A program made the position numbers and the translations under genes. The notes under the pieces were generated by a model. The model was not told where the DNA came from and made no database searches. It saw only the letters and a list, made by a program, of their open reading frames with translations. 64,000 bases of DNA, from positions 544,001-608,000 of the forward strand of contig CAWIGG010000002.1 of the NCBI GenBank assembly GCA_963835575.1, given 5' to 3'. The stretch comes from an uncultured Spirochaetota bacterium. GTDB taxonomy: Bacteria > Spirochaetota > Brevinematia > Brevinematales > JAOACQ01. How positions within the stretch are numbered: the stretch's first letter is position 1; every line of letters starts with the position of its first letter. This document shows positions 40,023 through 49,734 of this stretch, in pieces.

Positions 40023-41150
40023 TTAAGCGATTTCCTTAATATAGATGCGGTAAGTTTTATACCGCTCCACATTGAGATGCTTCATGGAATCCAGCATTTT
40101 ATCATTAGTCTCTACGATATTGGACTCTTCGGCTTCCGCAAAACCAAGCCTCACGCCTTTTTCGATGACATTTAGATTCATTGCTGTCTCCAATCCAAGA
40201 TGGCGGTATTTTTCAAGCACTCCCATCAGCATCAGCCGGAACCTGTCAGTTTTTTTTATTCGGAGAAGATGAATAAAACCGAGGGGGAATAACCGGCCGT
40301 TCATTTTTTTAACAGCCTGGTTCGCGTCATAAACGCTCAGCGCAAAGCCGGCAGGTTTGCCGTCAAACTCGACCATAAAAGACAGCGGTCTGACAACCAT
40401 TGTTTTTACAGCTTCCTTGATCCTCTTCCATTCCCGTTCTGAGAGATTAACATGTCCCCAGTTCTTATTCCATGCTTCATGGAATATCATTTTTACTTTT
40501 TCAGCTTCAATATCCAGGCTTTTTCCTTCTAAAGAAAAGATTTTAACAGAAGGGTTTTTCAATATCCTCTCCCGGACTTTATAATAACGGGGATCGATGT
40601 TTTTATCGGTCTTTCCCGTTCTTGCCCTGAAGGCATACCAGTCGATGGATTTTTTAAAGCCGCAGGCCTCAAGCAGTTTGCCGTAATACTGAGGATTATG
40701 CGCATTCAAAACATAGGGATCGGAATCAAAGCCATTGACAAGTATGCCCATCTCGTCATATATGCTGAAACTGAACGGCCCTTCAATGGATTTTTTATTT
40801 TTTAACTTTAAATATTTTTCGGCTTCTGTTATAAGGGCCCGGGCTGTTTCAATTTTATCCTCACACTCAAAAAAACCGAAAAATCCTTTATTATCATGGT
40901 ATACCTCTTCATGCCTGGAATTGACATGCACGGAAATTCTTCCGGCAGCTTTGCCGTTCCGTTCGGCGATGAAAAGTTCCGCTTCGCCGTATTCAAAAAA
41001 GACTCCCTTTTCGGGATTTAAAAATTCCATCTGGTCAAAAATGAGAGGCGGGACCCAGTGAGGATCATTCTGATAAATCTTCCAGGGCATTTTAATGAAT
41101 TGCAGGCGGTCATTTTTTGTTTTGACTATTCTGATATTAAGATCTGACAT
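40023..41150 (-). CDS. YghO-like GNAT-fold protein
   Basis: FIKMPWKIY..DPHWVPPL, GFFGFFEC, HNPQYY, NWGH, YKTYRIY; GGAGG RBS. Confidence 0.75.
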   Translation of the reverse strand: MSDLNIRIVKTKNDRLQFIKMPWKIYQNDPHWVPPLIFDQMEFLNPEKGVFFEYGEAELFIAERNGKAAGRISVHVNSRHEEVYHDNKGFFGFFECEDKIETARALITEAEKYLKLKNKKSIEGPFSFSIYDEMGILVNGFDSDPYVLNAHNPQYYGKLLEACGFKKSIDWYAFRARTGKTDKNIDPRYYKVRERILKNPSVKIFSLEGKSLDIEAEKVKMIFHEAWNKNWGHVNLSEREWKRIKEAVKTMVVRPLSFMVEFDGKPAGFALSVYDANQAVKKMNGRLFPLGFIHLLRIKKTDRFRLMLMGVLEKYRHLGLETAMNLNVIEKGVRLGFAEAEESNIVETNDKMLDSMKHLNVERYKTYRIYIKEIA

Positions 41151-41416
41151 AATACCTCCATTTATTTCAAAGGCAGTTCTAAAAACTCGCATTATTAGAA
41201 CTCCAGCGTTGTTCTGTGTTTTGCAGCCGCCCTTAAATGAATTTGCATTTTTATGTCTTTTTATTTAATATCTTAGTTGATTTATACTAAAATTGAACGG
41301 TTTTTTTTCAAAAGCTTATTTAAAGACAGACAATTCAGGCAAATATATAAGATTTATCGGCTTATTATAATACATTTTATTAAGATATTAATAAAATGTA
41401 AAGGAGACAATAAAAA

Positions 41417-42598
41417 GTGCCGGAACGGTATGAATTCTGTCTGGGGCTTTTTAATGATTCATATCCGCCCATTATGGACGGTGTCGCAAATACTGTTTAT
41501 AATTACGCCAGATATCTTAACCGGAGCAATGTCAGACCGGTAGTTGTTACTCCAGGGATGCCCCGTTATAACTACCAGGATGAATTTGAAATACTTCCGT
41601 ACTTCTCAATCCCTCTTCCAAAAAGGAAACCATACAGGCTCGGCATTGCCAAGCTGGATTTTAAGCTGATGAAAACACTCTCCAATATGCCGTTCAATAT
41701 CGTCCATGCGCACAGCCCTTTCAGCGCCGGCCGTCTTGCCCTGAAAATCGGCAGGGAACGCGGCATACCTGTCGTGGCCACACTCCATGCCAAGTTTTAT
41801 GATGATTTTCTGCAGGCGGTTAAATCAAAAACAGCGGCAGATCTGATGCTGGCAAGGGTCATGAATTTTTTTGATCAATGCGATTTTGTCTGGACTGTCA
41901 ACCGCTCGACGATAGAAACGCTGAGGAGCTACGGATATCAAAAAGCCGTTGAAATTGTGGAAAACGGGACTGATTTTATTCCTGTCGATAATCCCGCTGA
42001 ATGCCGGGAACTGGTAAATATAAATTTTAATTTAAATGATTCTGAAAATGTCCTGCTTTTTGTCGGCCAGCATATCTGGCATAAGAACGTGAAACTGATT
42101 ATCAATGCTCTGTCATTATTAAAAAAAGATGACTTTCCATACAGAATGATATTTGCCGGAAAGGGAGACGCCGAGGCCGATATGAAGAAAATGGTGAACC
42201 GCCTGGGTCTAAATGATCATGTCATATTCGCGGGCCAGATCCTGGACAGGGAATTCCTCAGGGCGCTCTATATCCGCGCGGATTTATTTATATTTCCTTC
42301 GGAATATGATACTTCAGGCATTGTCGTTCAGGAAGCCGCTGCCTCCGGAACGCCGTCAATCCTTATGAGGGGCAGTAATGCCGCAGAGAATATAAAAGAC
42401 GGCATTAACGGCTTTCTGACGGACAATTCGGCGGAATTCCTGGCTTCAGTCATCAAGAAAGCCCTGTCTGATCATGATAATTTAATTAAAGCCGGGAAAA
42501 ACGCGTTTAATTCCATTTACAAACCCTGGGAAAAAATAGTAATAGAGGTAAAAGAGCGTTATAAAGATATTATTAAAAATTGGAAGGGCAAAAAATAA
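41417..42598 (+). CDS. GT4 glycosyltransferase (diacylglycerol glucosyltransferase-like)
   Basis: FNDSYPPIMDGVA, VHAHSPF, FPSEYDTSGIVVQEAAASGTP. Confidence 0.85.
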   Translation: MPERYEFCLGLFNDSYPPIMDGVANTVYNYARYLNRSNVRPVVVTPGMPRYNYQDEFEILPYFSIPLPKRKPYRLGIAKLDFKLMKTLSNMPFNIVHAHSPFSAGRLALKIGRERGIPVVATLHAKFYDDFLQAVKSKTAADLMLARVMNFFDQCDFVWTVNRSTIETLRSYGYQKAVEIVENGTDFIPVDNPAECRELVNINFNLNDSENVLLFVGQHIWHKNVKLIINALSLLKKDDFPYRMIFAGKGDAEADMKKMVNRLGLNDHVIFAGQILDREFLRALYIRADLFIFPSEYDTSGIVVQEAAASGTPSILMRGSNAAENIKDGINGFLTDNSAEFLASVIKKALSDHDNLIKAGKNAFNSIYKPWEKIVIEVKERYKDIIKNWKGKK

Positions 42599-42637
42599 AC
42601 CAGCAACATGCAGCCGGCAGAAAAATCCATCTCATTA

Positions 42638-42679
42638 GACTGTCGACTTCAGACTCACGGCTCATGACTGCCGACCGTC
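42638..42679. repeat. Degenerate heptamer tandem repeat, 6 units
   Basis: GACTGTC GACTTCA GACTCAC GGCTCAT GACTGCC GACCGTC. Confidence 0.6.
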
Positions 42680-43532
42680 ATTTCCAGACGGTCATTTCTA
42701 TTTTATTTTTTCCGTTGTTCTTTGCGCGGTACATTGTTTCATCGGCTATTTTTAGCGCTTCATCCACGGAAGAGGGTTGTTTTAAAAAAGCCGCGTATCC
42801 GATACTCAGTGATACCGGATAATTTTTCTCTTTCATTTCATCGCGGAATTTTTTCAGGATCCTGTCCAGTACCGTATATGACGCTTCTTCCCCGGTTTCC
42901 GTGAGAAGAATAATAAACTCATCCCCTCCAAGCCTTCCGATAAGGTCATTCTGACGGATATTCTCCTTCATAATCTGGCCGGCGATTTTTAATAATTTGT
43001 CGCCTATCGAGTGTCCCATTGTGTCGTTTATTTTTTTAAAATTATCCAGATCAATATAAGCCAGGCTGAAGGGCCTGCCGGTCCTTGAAGACCTCTGGAT
43101 TTCAAGATCGAGGATTTCCGTAAAATAGCGTTTATTGGCGGAATCGGTCAAAAAATCCATACGGGACAGCATTCTTTCCCGGTTCAGGGATTTTCTCAGC
43201 TGATTAACAATGAAAGCAATCATTAAGAATATCAGAATATCCAGGACTAAATCAAAATAGAGGATATTTATTGAATGGTAACTTAAGTATTTCTGGTTGG
43301 TAAAATAATTTAAAAGAGCGCCAATAATTGAAGCCGCTATTCCATCTGCGGTACTCAGGAATAAAGAAGCTAAAATTACAATCAATGTATAAAAAATGAA
43401 AAGCGACAAATCCGGTATAATATAATCCAGCCATCCGGTCAGGCCCATGAGAATGATCCAGAGGATAGTCAGAAATGCATGCATCCCGGCAGTTTTTTTT
43501 GCAGTCAGTGAAATCAGCTTTTCAAAGAACAA
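42678..43532 (-). CDS. Membrane-anchored diguanylate cyclase
   Basis: N-terminal TM helices; IDLDNFKKINDTMGHSIGD, RQND I-site, GGDEF. Confidence 0.92.
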   Translation of the reverse strand: MFFEKLISLTAKKTAGMHAFLTILWIILMGLTGWLDYIIPDLSLFIFYTLIVILASLFLSTADGIAASIIGALLNYFTNQKYLSYHSINILYFDLVLDILIFLMIAFIVNQLRKSLNRERMLSRMDFLTDSANKRYFTEILDLEIQRSSRTGRPFSLAYIDLDNFKKINDTMGHSIGDKLLKIAGQIMKENIRQNDLIGRLGGDEFIILLTETGEEASYTVLDRILKKFRDEMKEKNYPVSLSIGYAAFLKQPSSVDEALKIADETMYRAKNNGKNKIEMTVWK

Positions 43533-43809
43533 GCCAAACGCTCCTGATTATAATAATCCTTTAAATTATGTAACTATCCAGCCGCATATTTAATAGCGGA
43601 GCCGTTCAACGCGTCAATAAGGGCTTGATAAACACTGACGCCCATCTTTTTTACTGTAGATATATAACCCCTGATTCTGCAAAAGGCAGCCGCTCCATTC
43701 CAGCTTCTGAATGTACCTGATATTTTCTGCTGGACTTTTATCATTCTGATATCCCGTTCCGCCAAATTGTTGCTGAATGGAACATCTTTTTCCCGCATAA
43801 ATAAAAGGA

Positions 43810-43977
43810 CAGATTCTTTATATTTTCTTAATCGGTCTAATAGGCATAAAACCTTGCCCCGCTTTTTTCTGCCGCGTTTAACAAGTCCTTCCGGCTTTTC
43901 AGGCGTTGGATTTACAGCAAATCCTTTCGCGATGATCCGGTCATATTCCGTATCATATTCTATAATCCTTTCCGCCG
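43810..43977. repeat. Left copy of the 168-bp direct repeat flanking IS256
   Basis: CAGATTCTTT...CTTTCCGCCG matches 45373-45540 by inspection. Confidence 0.9.
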
Positions 43978-45372
43978 AGTTATAATAGAAAGTTGTGTAT
44001 AGGAATAAATATTATAAAAAAGATGGCGTACCCTCTATAATTTATTTACGACAATAAACAAAAGGAGGAATACGCCATATGCCGAAGCACAACGAAGATT
44101 TTAAGCTCTTACAGGCTTTTAATCAAGATGAAACAGTAGAATTTTTATGTCTTGAAGAATTGGCAAGGATCGGGGCCAGGGAAATAATCAAGAAGGCTCT
44201 GGAAGATGAAATTAATGGGTTTCTTCAGGAGAGAGAGCATTTAACTATCGAAGACGGGAGAAAGGCAATAGTAAGAAATGGGTATCATAAAGCCCGTCAG
44301 ATTCTCATTGGTGGAGGGGCTATTGATGTATGTATTCCGAGAACAAGGAACCGACTCGGAGGCGACAATTTTCAAAGCCTAATAGTACCGCCGTATATGA
44401 GAAAAAGCCTGAGAATTGAGGAAGCCATTCCATTGTTGTATCTCTATGGAGTCTCAGAGATGGATATGGAGAATGCCTTGAGAGGATTGCTTGGTGAAGA
44501 AGCGAAAGGATTATCAGCCTCAAGTATAAGCAGAATGAAACAAGGATGGGGTAAAGAATATGATGAGTGGCGGACATCCGATTTAAGCGATAAAAAGTAT
44601 TGCTATATATGGGTTGACGGCATTTACTTCAATGTACAGGGCAGCGAAGAGCGTTTATGCACTCTTGTAATGATCGGAGCCAATGAGAATGGTGAAAAGG
44701 AGATTATTCTTGTTGAAGAAGGTTACAGAGAGAATTCCGAGACTTGGTTAGGGATATTAAGAAACCTAAAAGAAAAAGGTTTGAAAGGTCCTATTCTTTT
44801 TATCGGAGACGGAAGCCTTGGATTCTGGAAAGCAGCCAAAGAAGTATATCCTGAATCCAGATGGCAGAGATGCTGGGTTCATAAGATAAAGAACATTCTA
44901 AACAAGCTGCCCAAAGTATTACAGTCAAAGGCAAAAGAGATGCTTCATGACAGATATGCAATGCTCCTGATAAGGATAATGCTATCAAAGCTTTTGAATT
45001 ATTCCAGGCGGTTTTTAATCCTAAATATCCAGCAGCTGTCGAATGTTTAGAAAAGGATTGGGAGCTTATGATCGAATTTTATAACTGTCCGGCGGAACAT
45101 TGGGTACATATCCGTACGACAAACGTAATAGAATCTACCTTCTCTACAGTTCGATTAAGAACTAAAAAGATGAGAGGCTGCGGAACCAGGGAAACGATTC
45201 TAATAATGGTCTATAAATTACTGGATAAGGCATCCAGGCGATGGAGAAAATTAAGAGGTTATGAAAAGATTAGCCTTGTATTGGAAGGCGCTGTTTTTGA
45301 GAACGGAGAGCTTGTAAAAAAGGCAGCATAAAAAAATGAGAGGGTATGTCATACACAACATTTGACAAAAAC
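43978..45372 (+). mobile_element. IS256-family insertion sequence
   Basis: Imperfect IRs sharing GTTGTGTAT / ATACACAAC; mutator-type transposase. Boundaries +/-1 nt. Confidence 0.88.
44079..45331 (+). pseudogene. IS256 transposase with a frameshift near 44952
   Basis: RNGY, YIWVDGIY, IGDGSLG, QRCWVHK; continues ICNAPDKDNA...HIRTTNVIESTF in another frame. Confidence 0.88.
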
Positions 45373-45540
45373 CAGATTCTTTATATTTTCTTAATCGGTC
45401 TAATAGGCATAAAACCTTGCCCCGCTTTTTTCTGCCGCGTTTAACAAGTCCTTCCGGCTTTTCAGGCGTTGGATTTACAGCAAATCCTTTCGCGATGATC
45501 CGGTCATATTCCGTATCATATTCTATAATCCTTTCCGCCG
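45373..45540. repeat. Right copy of the 168-bp direct repeat flanking IS256
   Basis: Matches 43810-43977. Confidence 0.9.
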
Positions 45541-46655
45541 GTATTGGAAAACTTGCCTCTTTATCATTCTTAATCCTTATAAGAAGATTACCCATCTCCT
45601 TAGCCCATTCCTGACCCATTTCCTCATGTATCCAGATTAGCTCTCTCAAATGGTGTACATTACACAATCCATGACGGCATAAGAATTCCAGATAACTTTT
45701 CCATCCATCGTGGATAATAATACCGGTAAATCTTGTGAGAATGTCCATCGCACGCATCGCCTCTGTGCCGCGTTTGTCATGAGAAAAATAATAGGTAAAA
45801 CGTTCATTCGAGGCAACATGGAGCCATTTTAATAACCCTTTTATCCGAATACCGGTTTCATCACAGTGAAGAACCACTTCTTTTAGTATCAGTTCTATGA
45901 CTTTCTGTTCATACTCTTCTAATTTATTGTAGGTCTCCCGGATAAATCCTTCAATCGTTGCCTTGCTGAGCGGCACTCCCAATAAACATTCGGCGTATTC
46001 CGAAAGCCTTTCATAGGGTATCAACCCATATGTTTTCATATAGACCAGATGCGCTTTAATGTTTTTTCCATACTGTGCCTTATTGGTTATGCCTTCCGGA
46101 AACTCCGCCGTTACTCTCGCACCGCAATGCGGACAATCTTTTACTTCCGAGCGATGTTCGGTAACTTCCACTTTTATCGGAGGTATATCGAACACCTGCC
46201 TTCTTTCCGTCCGCTTAACTGATTCGGAACTTAAATCAATTCCACAACAGGAACATTTTTCAACCTGATGTTCTATGATCTTATCAGGGCTTTCTACTTT
46301 CTTCAGAGTATTTCCCTTATGTCCAAACTGGCCGCCTTGTTTTTTACCGCTCTTTTTCCGTAAATTCTTTACTGTATTTTGGAATGGATTATCGGAAGAC
46401 GGCGGTTTATTGCTGTTATGGCTGTCCTTATTAAGCTGTTCTTCCAATTTCTTAATCTTTTCCGCTTGTCTTTGAATGATTAAACCCTGCTCCTTTATCT
46501 GGTTTTGTAAATCAGCAATGATGCCTTCAAATCGTTTTAAGCAGGCCGCACAGTCTTTTTCTCTTCTATCTTCATTCATGCTATAGAATAGCATGGTTTC
46601 ATGCTCAATGCAAATATTTCATGTGACTATTTTTTAGTGGCTGGATAGTTACTAA

Positions 46656-46684
46656 ATTATAAATATTAGATTGGTTAAAGTCAA
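46656..46684 (-). promoter_or_regulatory. Sigma70 promoter, probably the native diguanylate cyclase promoter displaced by IS66
   Basis: TTGACT-N17-TATAAT on the minus strand; the -10 box overlaps the IS66 TSD. Confidence 0.65.
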
Positions 46685-46702
46685 TTAAAATTAACTTATT
46701 AA

Positions 46703-48393
46703 CCTAAACTGAGCGATTCTTTTATTAATTCAAAAAATCGGCCTGTTAAACGGGTGGGGTTTTAGAAATTTTAAGGAGTGAGATATTACCCATCCAATTT
46801 AAAGTACAAGACCCTTTAGAAAAGGTCCTTATTTGTTGAAATTTTAGTTTTGAGCGCAATACCCCCTTATCCGGTTTTTTAGCTTTAATAATTTATATTG
46901 GGACAACGAACAGGCATTTGTCCCAAACTTTAAATAGCCCCAATTCGTCTATTACTTCATGCCGAAATTTCAATACAATTTTTCTGCTTCTTCTTACGAT
47001 CTTTCCGGCTATGTCAATAAAAAGCCGTCTTACAGTGTCCGGATAACTGCCAATTGGGAAGCTATCTGAAAGCGCGTCTTCCTGCATAGCAATCAATAAA
47101 TTGCGGGATATCAGCATCAGAAAATAGTATGCGGCATTTGAGATAAACCTTTTGAAAGGGAGTGTTTCATCCGCAAACTCCTTCACGCTCCGATTTACCA
47201 ATTCATCCTTCGCCCTTAAGAGATAAAGTTCGATAATCTCTTTAGCCGCCAGGTATTTTTCCAGTCCTGCCTTTTTTAGTAATTCCTGATTATATAAATT
47301 TGTGTAAATTAAATTATCCGGTTTCGCAAAATCCAGAAGGTACTCATCTCCATTATTTGCCCTTTTACAGTAAATCGCCCGGCGGCCTTTGCTCCATTTC
47401 TCCCGTTTGTCTCTAAAATCACAATATTCCCAGACATCGCCTTTTCTCTCAAAATTGCTCCAGCCTTGCGGAAGCTTGCGGATCAAATCCAGTTTGATGT
47501 CGTTGTACATTGTACCGCCGCAGATATAGTAATGTCCGTTTTCTTCCATCCATTCATAGTATTTCTGATCATTGAACCCACTATCTGAAACAACAATAAC
47601 CGGCACGTCTTTATCGTATTCTTTACGGATCTTTCCGATGATTTTTTCAAGCGATTCGTTCAGGTCATTCCCGTGATTACAATGTGCGCTCCCTTCCCGA
47701 AACAGCGAATAAATCACATAAGGCCCCCAATAGAACAATAAAGGATGAAACCCTTTTACCATTTTATATGTCAGAGTTACGCCTTCCCGTTTTCGCGCGC
47801 TGTTATTGTCTAATACCGTCGAATCAACACCAAGTACAATTACCTTTGGCCGGGTTATTTTGAGCCGCCAGATAAACAACTCCAGTAAAAAATGACCTAA
47901 AGCATTCACCATTTTTTCCGTTACGGCGCCTAAGAACCGTTTCATTGTATGTGAGGATGCCATTTCATTCTTTGAGAACTCAATTGTCCCGGCATACCCC
48001 ATATTGTTTTTCAGATCGTCAAACCTCGTCATAGTATTTTGGCTTCCGTCAACGAAAAAGCAGAATATCTGCTTTAGTATATTCTCGATCTTTTGCCCTT
48101 TTGAACTTTTCCGCAGGCCGTCAAATATTCCAGTAATCAGCGATAATACGTGTGTCCCTTTGAGGTATCTGCAAAAAAATGCCAATCCTCCCCTGCCGCT
48201 TAATAGATCATCCGTTATTCCAATTTCAGAAATCTCATTTTTGCAATATTTATTTTTTTCAGCCATAATTAACCTGCTTTTGCACCCAATGGGTGTTTTT
48301 TCGGGGTAAGGATGGCGGCAACCATTTCCTTACCCCATTCTATTTTAGCATGGTTTTTTATAATTCGGCTAATAAAGAATCGCTCAGTTTAGG
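46703..48393 (-). mobile_element. IS1380-family insertion sequence (1691 bp)
   Basis: IR CCTAAACTGAGCGATTCTTT / AAAGAATCGCTCAGTTTAGG; TATTAA on both flanks. Confidence 0.92.
46893..48266 (-). CDS. IS1380-family transposase, apparently intact
   Basis: LSGRGGL, VDSTVLDN, YKMVKGFHPL, FREGSAH, SDSGF, YLLRAKDEL, NAAYYFLMLISRNL. Confidence 0.88.
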   Translation of the reverse strand: MAEKNKYCKNEISEIGITDDLLSGRGGLAFFCRYLKGTHVLSLITGIFDGLRKSSKGQKIENILKQIFCFFVDGSQNTMTRFDDLKNNMGYAGTIEFSKNEMASSHTMKRFLGAVTEKMVNALGHFLLELFIWRLKITRPKVIVLGVDSTVLDNNSARKREGVTLTYKMVKGFHPLLFYWGPYVIYSLFREGSAHCNHGNDLNESLEKIIGKIRKEYDKDVPVIVVSDSGFNDQKYYEWMEENGHYYICGGTMYNDIKLDLIRKLPQGWSNFERKGDVWEYCDFRDKREKWSKGRRAIYCKRANNGDEYLLDFAKPDNLIYTNLYNQELLKKAGLEKYLAAKEIIELYLLRAKDELVNRSVKEFADETLPFKRFISNAAYYFLMLISRNLLIAMQEDALSDSFPIGSYPDTVRRLFIDIAGKIVRRSRKIVLKFRHEVIDELGLFKVWDKCLFVVPI

Positions 48394-48480
48394 TATTAAT
48401 TAGTTTGCTTGACTTAGAATTATGATATCATTATACTAATTCCTTTATATATATAGCAATGCAAGAGAGGATCTGAAGAA

Positions 48481-49734
48481 ATGGTGCGCTTCATTAAATC
48501 ACGGTTATCTGTTATGATGTTCCTGCAGTTATTCGCGTCCGGAGCATTGACGCCGATTTTAAGCCTGTATTTAAAAGGATATCTTCATTTTACGGGAACT
48601 CAGACAGGCATCATCATCGGTATGTCTTCCATCTCGGCTATTTTAGCGCCGTTAATCGGGACTTTTATCGCGGACCGCATGATAAATTCAGAAAGGCTTC
48701 TGGGCATCTGCCATTTGACCGGAGCGGTTCTCATATTCTTATTATCGTTTCAAAAAGATTTTATCCCTGTTCTCATTCTTTATATCTTCTATGCGATGAC
48801 CCTGGGTTCGACTTTCAGCCTGACAAACGCGATTACATTCCATCATTCGCCGGATTCAAAGAAAAATTATGGGAGCGTCAGGGTCTGGGGCACGATAGGC
48901 TGGATTGCCGCGGCATGGGCTCTGGGTCTTCTCTGGATGAAAAACGGCCTGTCTCCCGAAGTGTCGGATAAGCTTCCCCTGGCCCTCAAGGTTTCAGCTC
49001 TTGCATCTTTCATATTGGGCTTGTATGCGTTCAGCCTTCCGCTCGCGCATAAAAAACTGGACAGCGCAGGGAAGTTCCTGCCGGTTGAATCATTCCGGGT
49101 AATGCTCAAGCCTTCAATCTTAATAATATCCTTTCTCAGCCTTCTTATTAACTGTGTGGACCGTTATTATTATTTCGGTACGGCGCCCTTTCTCAAACAG
49201 ATAGGATTTTCAGAAGCCAGTATTATGCCTTTGATGAGCATCGGGCAGATTCCTGAAATATTCGGCATGACAATTGTGGGTTATTTACTCAAGAGATTTT
49301 CCTTCAAGCCTGTACTTATTACAGGGGTTATTATGGAAATACTGCGCTTCAGCTTTTTTGCCGCCGGCTCGCCTCCCGCGCTTATCTATGCCGGGCTCGC
49401 GATTCATGGCCTGACTTATACCTTTTATTCTGTCGTTGTTTTTATTTATCTGGACAGCCATTGCGATAAGCAGACCCGTACGGGAGTCCAGCAGCTGTAT
49501 TCAATTATCGCTATGGCCTTAGGCAGCTTTCTGGGGAGTTTTATCGCAGGAAAAATGATGGATGTTTTTAATACAAAATTAAATAGAATTGATTATACCT
49601 TTTTCTGGATGGTCCCGGCGGTAATATCAGCCGTTGTCATGATCGGAATTTTATTCCTGATTAAAAATGAAAAGGCGAAAATCAACAAATCTTCCGGATT
49701 GAAAGGCGAAAAAATTCCGGCAGATTTAATTTAA
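48481..49734 (+). CDS. MFS transporter, nucleoside:H+ symporter (NupG/XapB-like)
   Basis: RLSVMMFLQ, IADR, VRVWGTIGWI, SIGQIPE, AIHG; about 12 TM. TTGACT-N17-TATACT promoter at 48409-48437. Confidence 0.85.
   Translation: MVRFIKSRLSVMMFLQLFASGALTPILSLYLKGYLHFTGTQTGIIIGMSSISAILAPLIGTFIADRMINSERLLGICHLTGAVLIFLLSFQKDFIPVLILYIFYAMTLGSTFSLTNAITFHHSPDSKKNYGSVRVWGTIGWIAAAWALGLLWMKNGLSPEVSDKLPLALKVSALASFILGLYAFSLPLAHKKLDSAGKFLPVESFRVMLKPSILIISFLSLLINCVDRYYYFGTAPFLKQIGFSEASIMPLMSIGQIPEIFGMTIVGYLLKRFSFKPVLITGVIMEILRFSFFAAGSPPALIYAGLAIHGLTYTFYSVVVFIYLDSHCDKQTRTGVQQLYSIIAMALGSFLGSFIAGKMMDVFNTKLNRIDYTFFWMVPAVISAVVMIGILFLIKNEKAKINKSSGLKGEKIPADLI

Larger units (their letters stand above)
43574..46594 (-). 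pseudogene. tnpC: IS66 transposase TnpC split by IS256
   Basis: N-part NSNKPPSSD, CSCCG/CPHCG zinc finger, HCDETG, HDGW, CNVHHLREL. C-part PFSNNLAERDIRMIKVQQKISGTFRS. Confidence 0.9.
43570..46652 (-). mobile_element. IS66-family element (TnpC-only, ISBst12-like) carrying a nested IS256
   Basis: IR GTAACTATCCAGCC / GGCTGGATAGTTAC; 8-bp TSD TAAATTAT (43562-43569 and 46653-46660). Confidence 0.93.
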
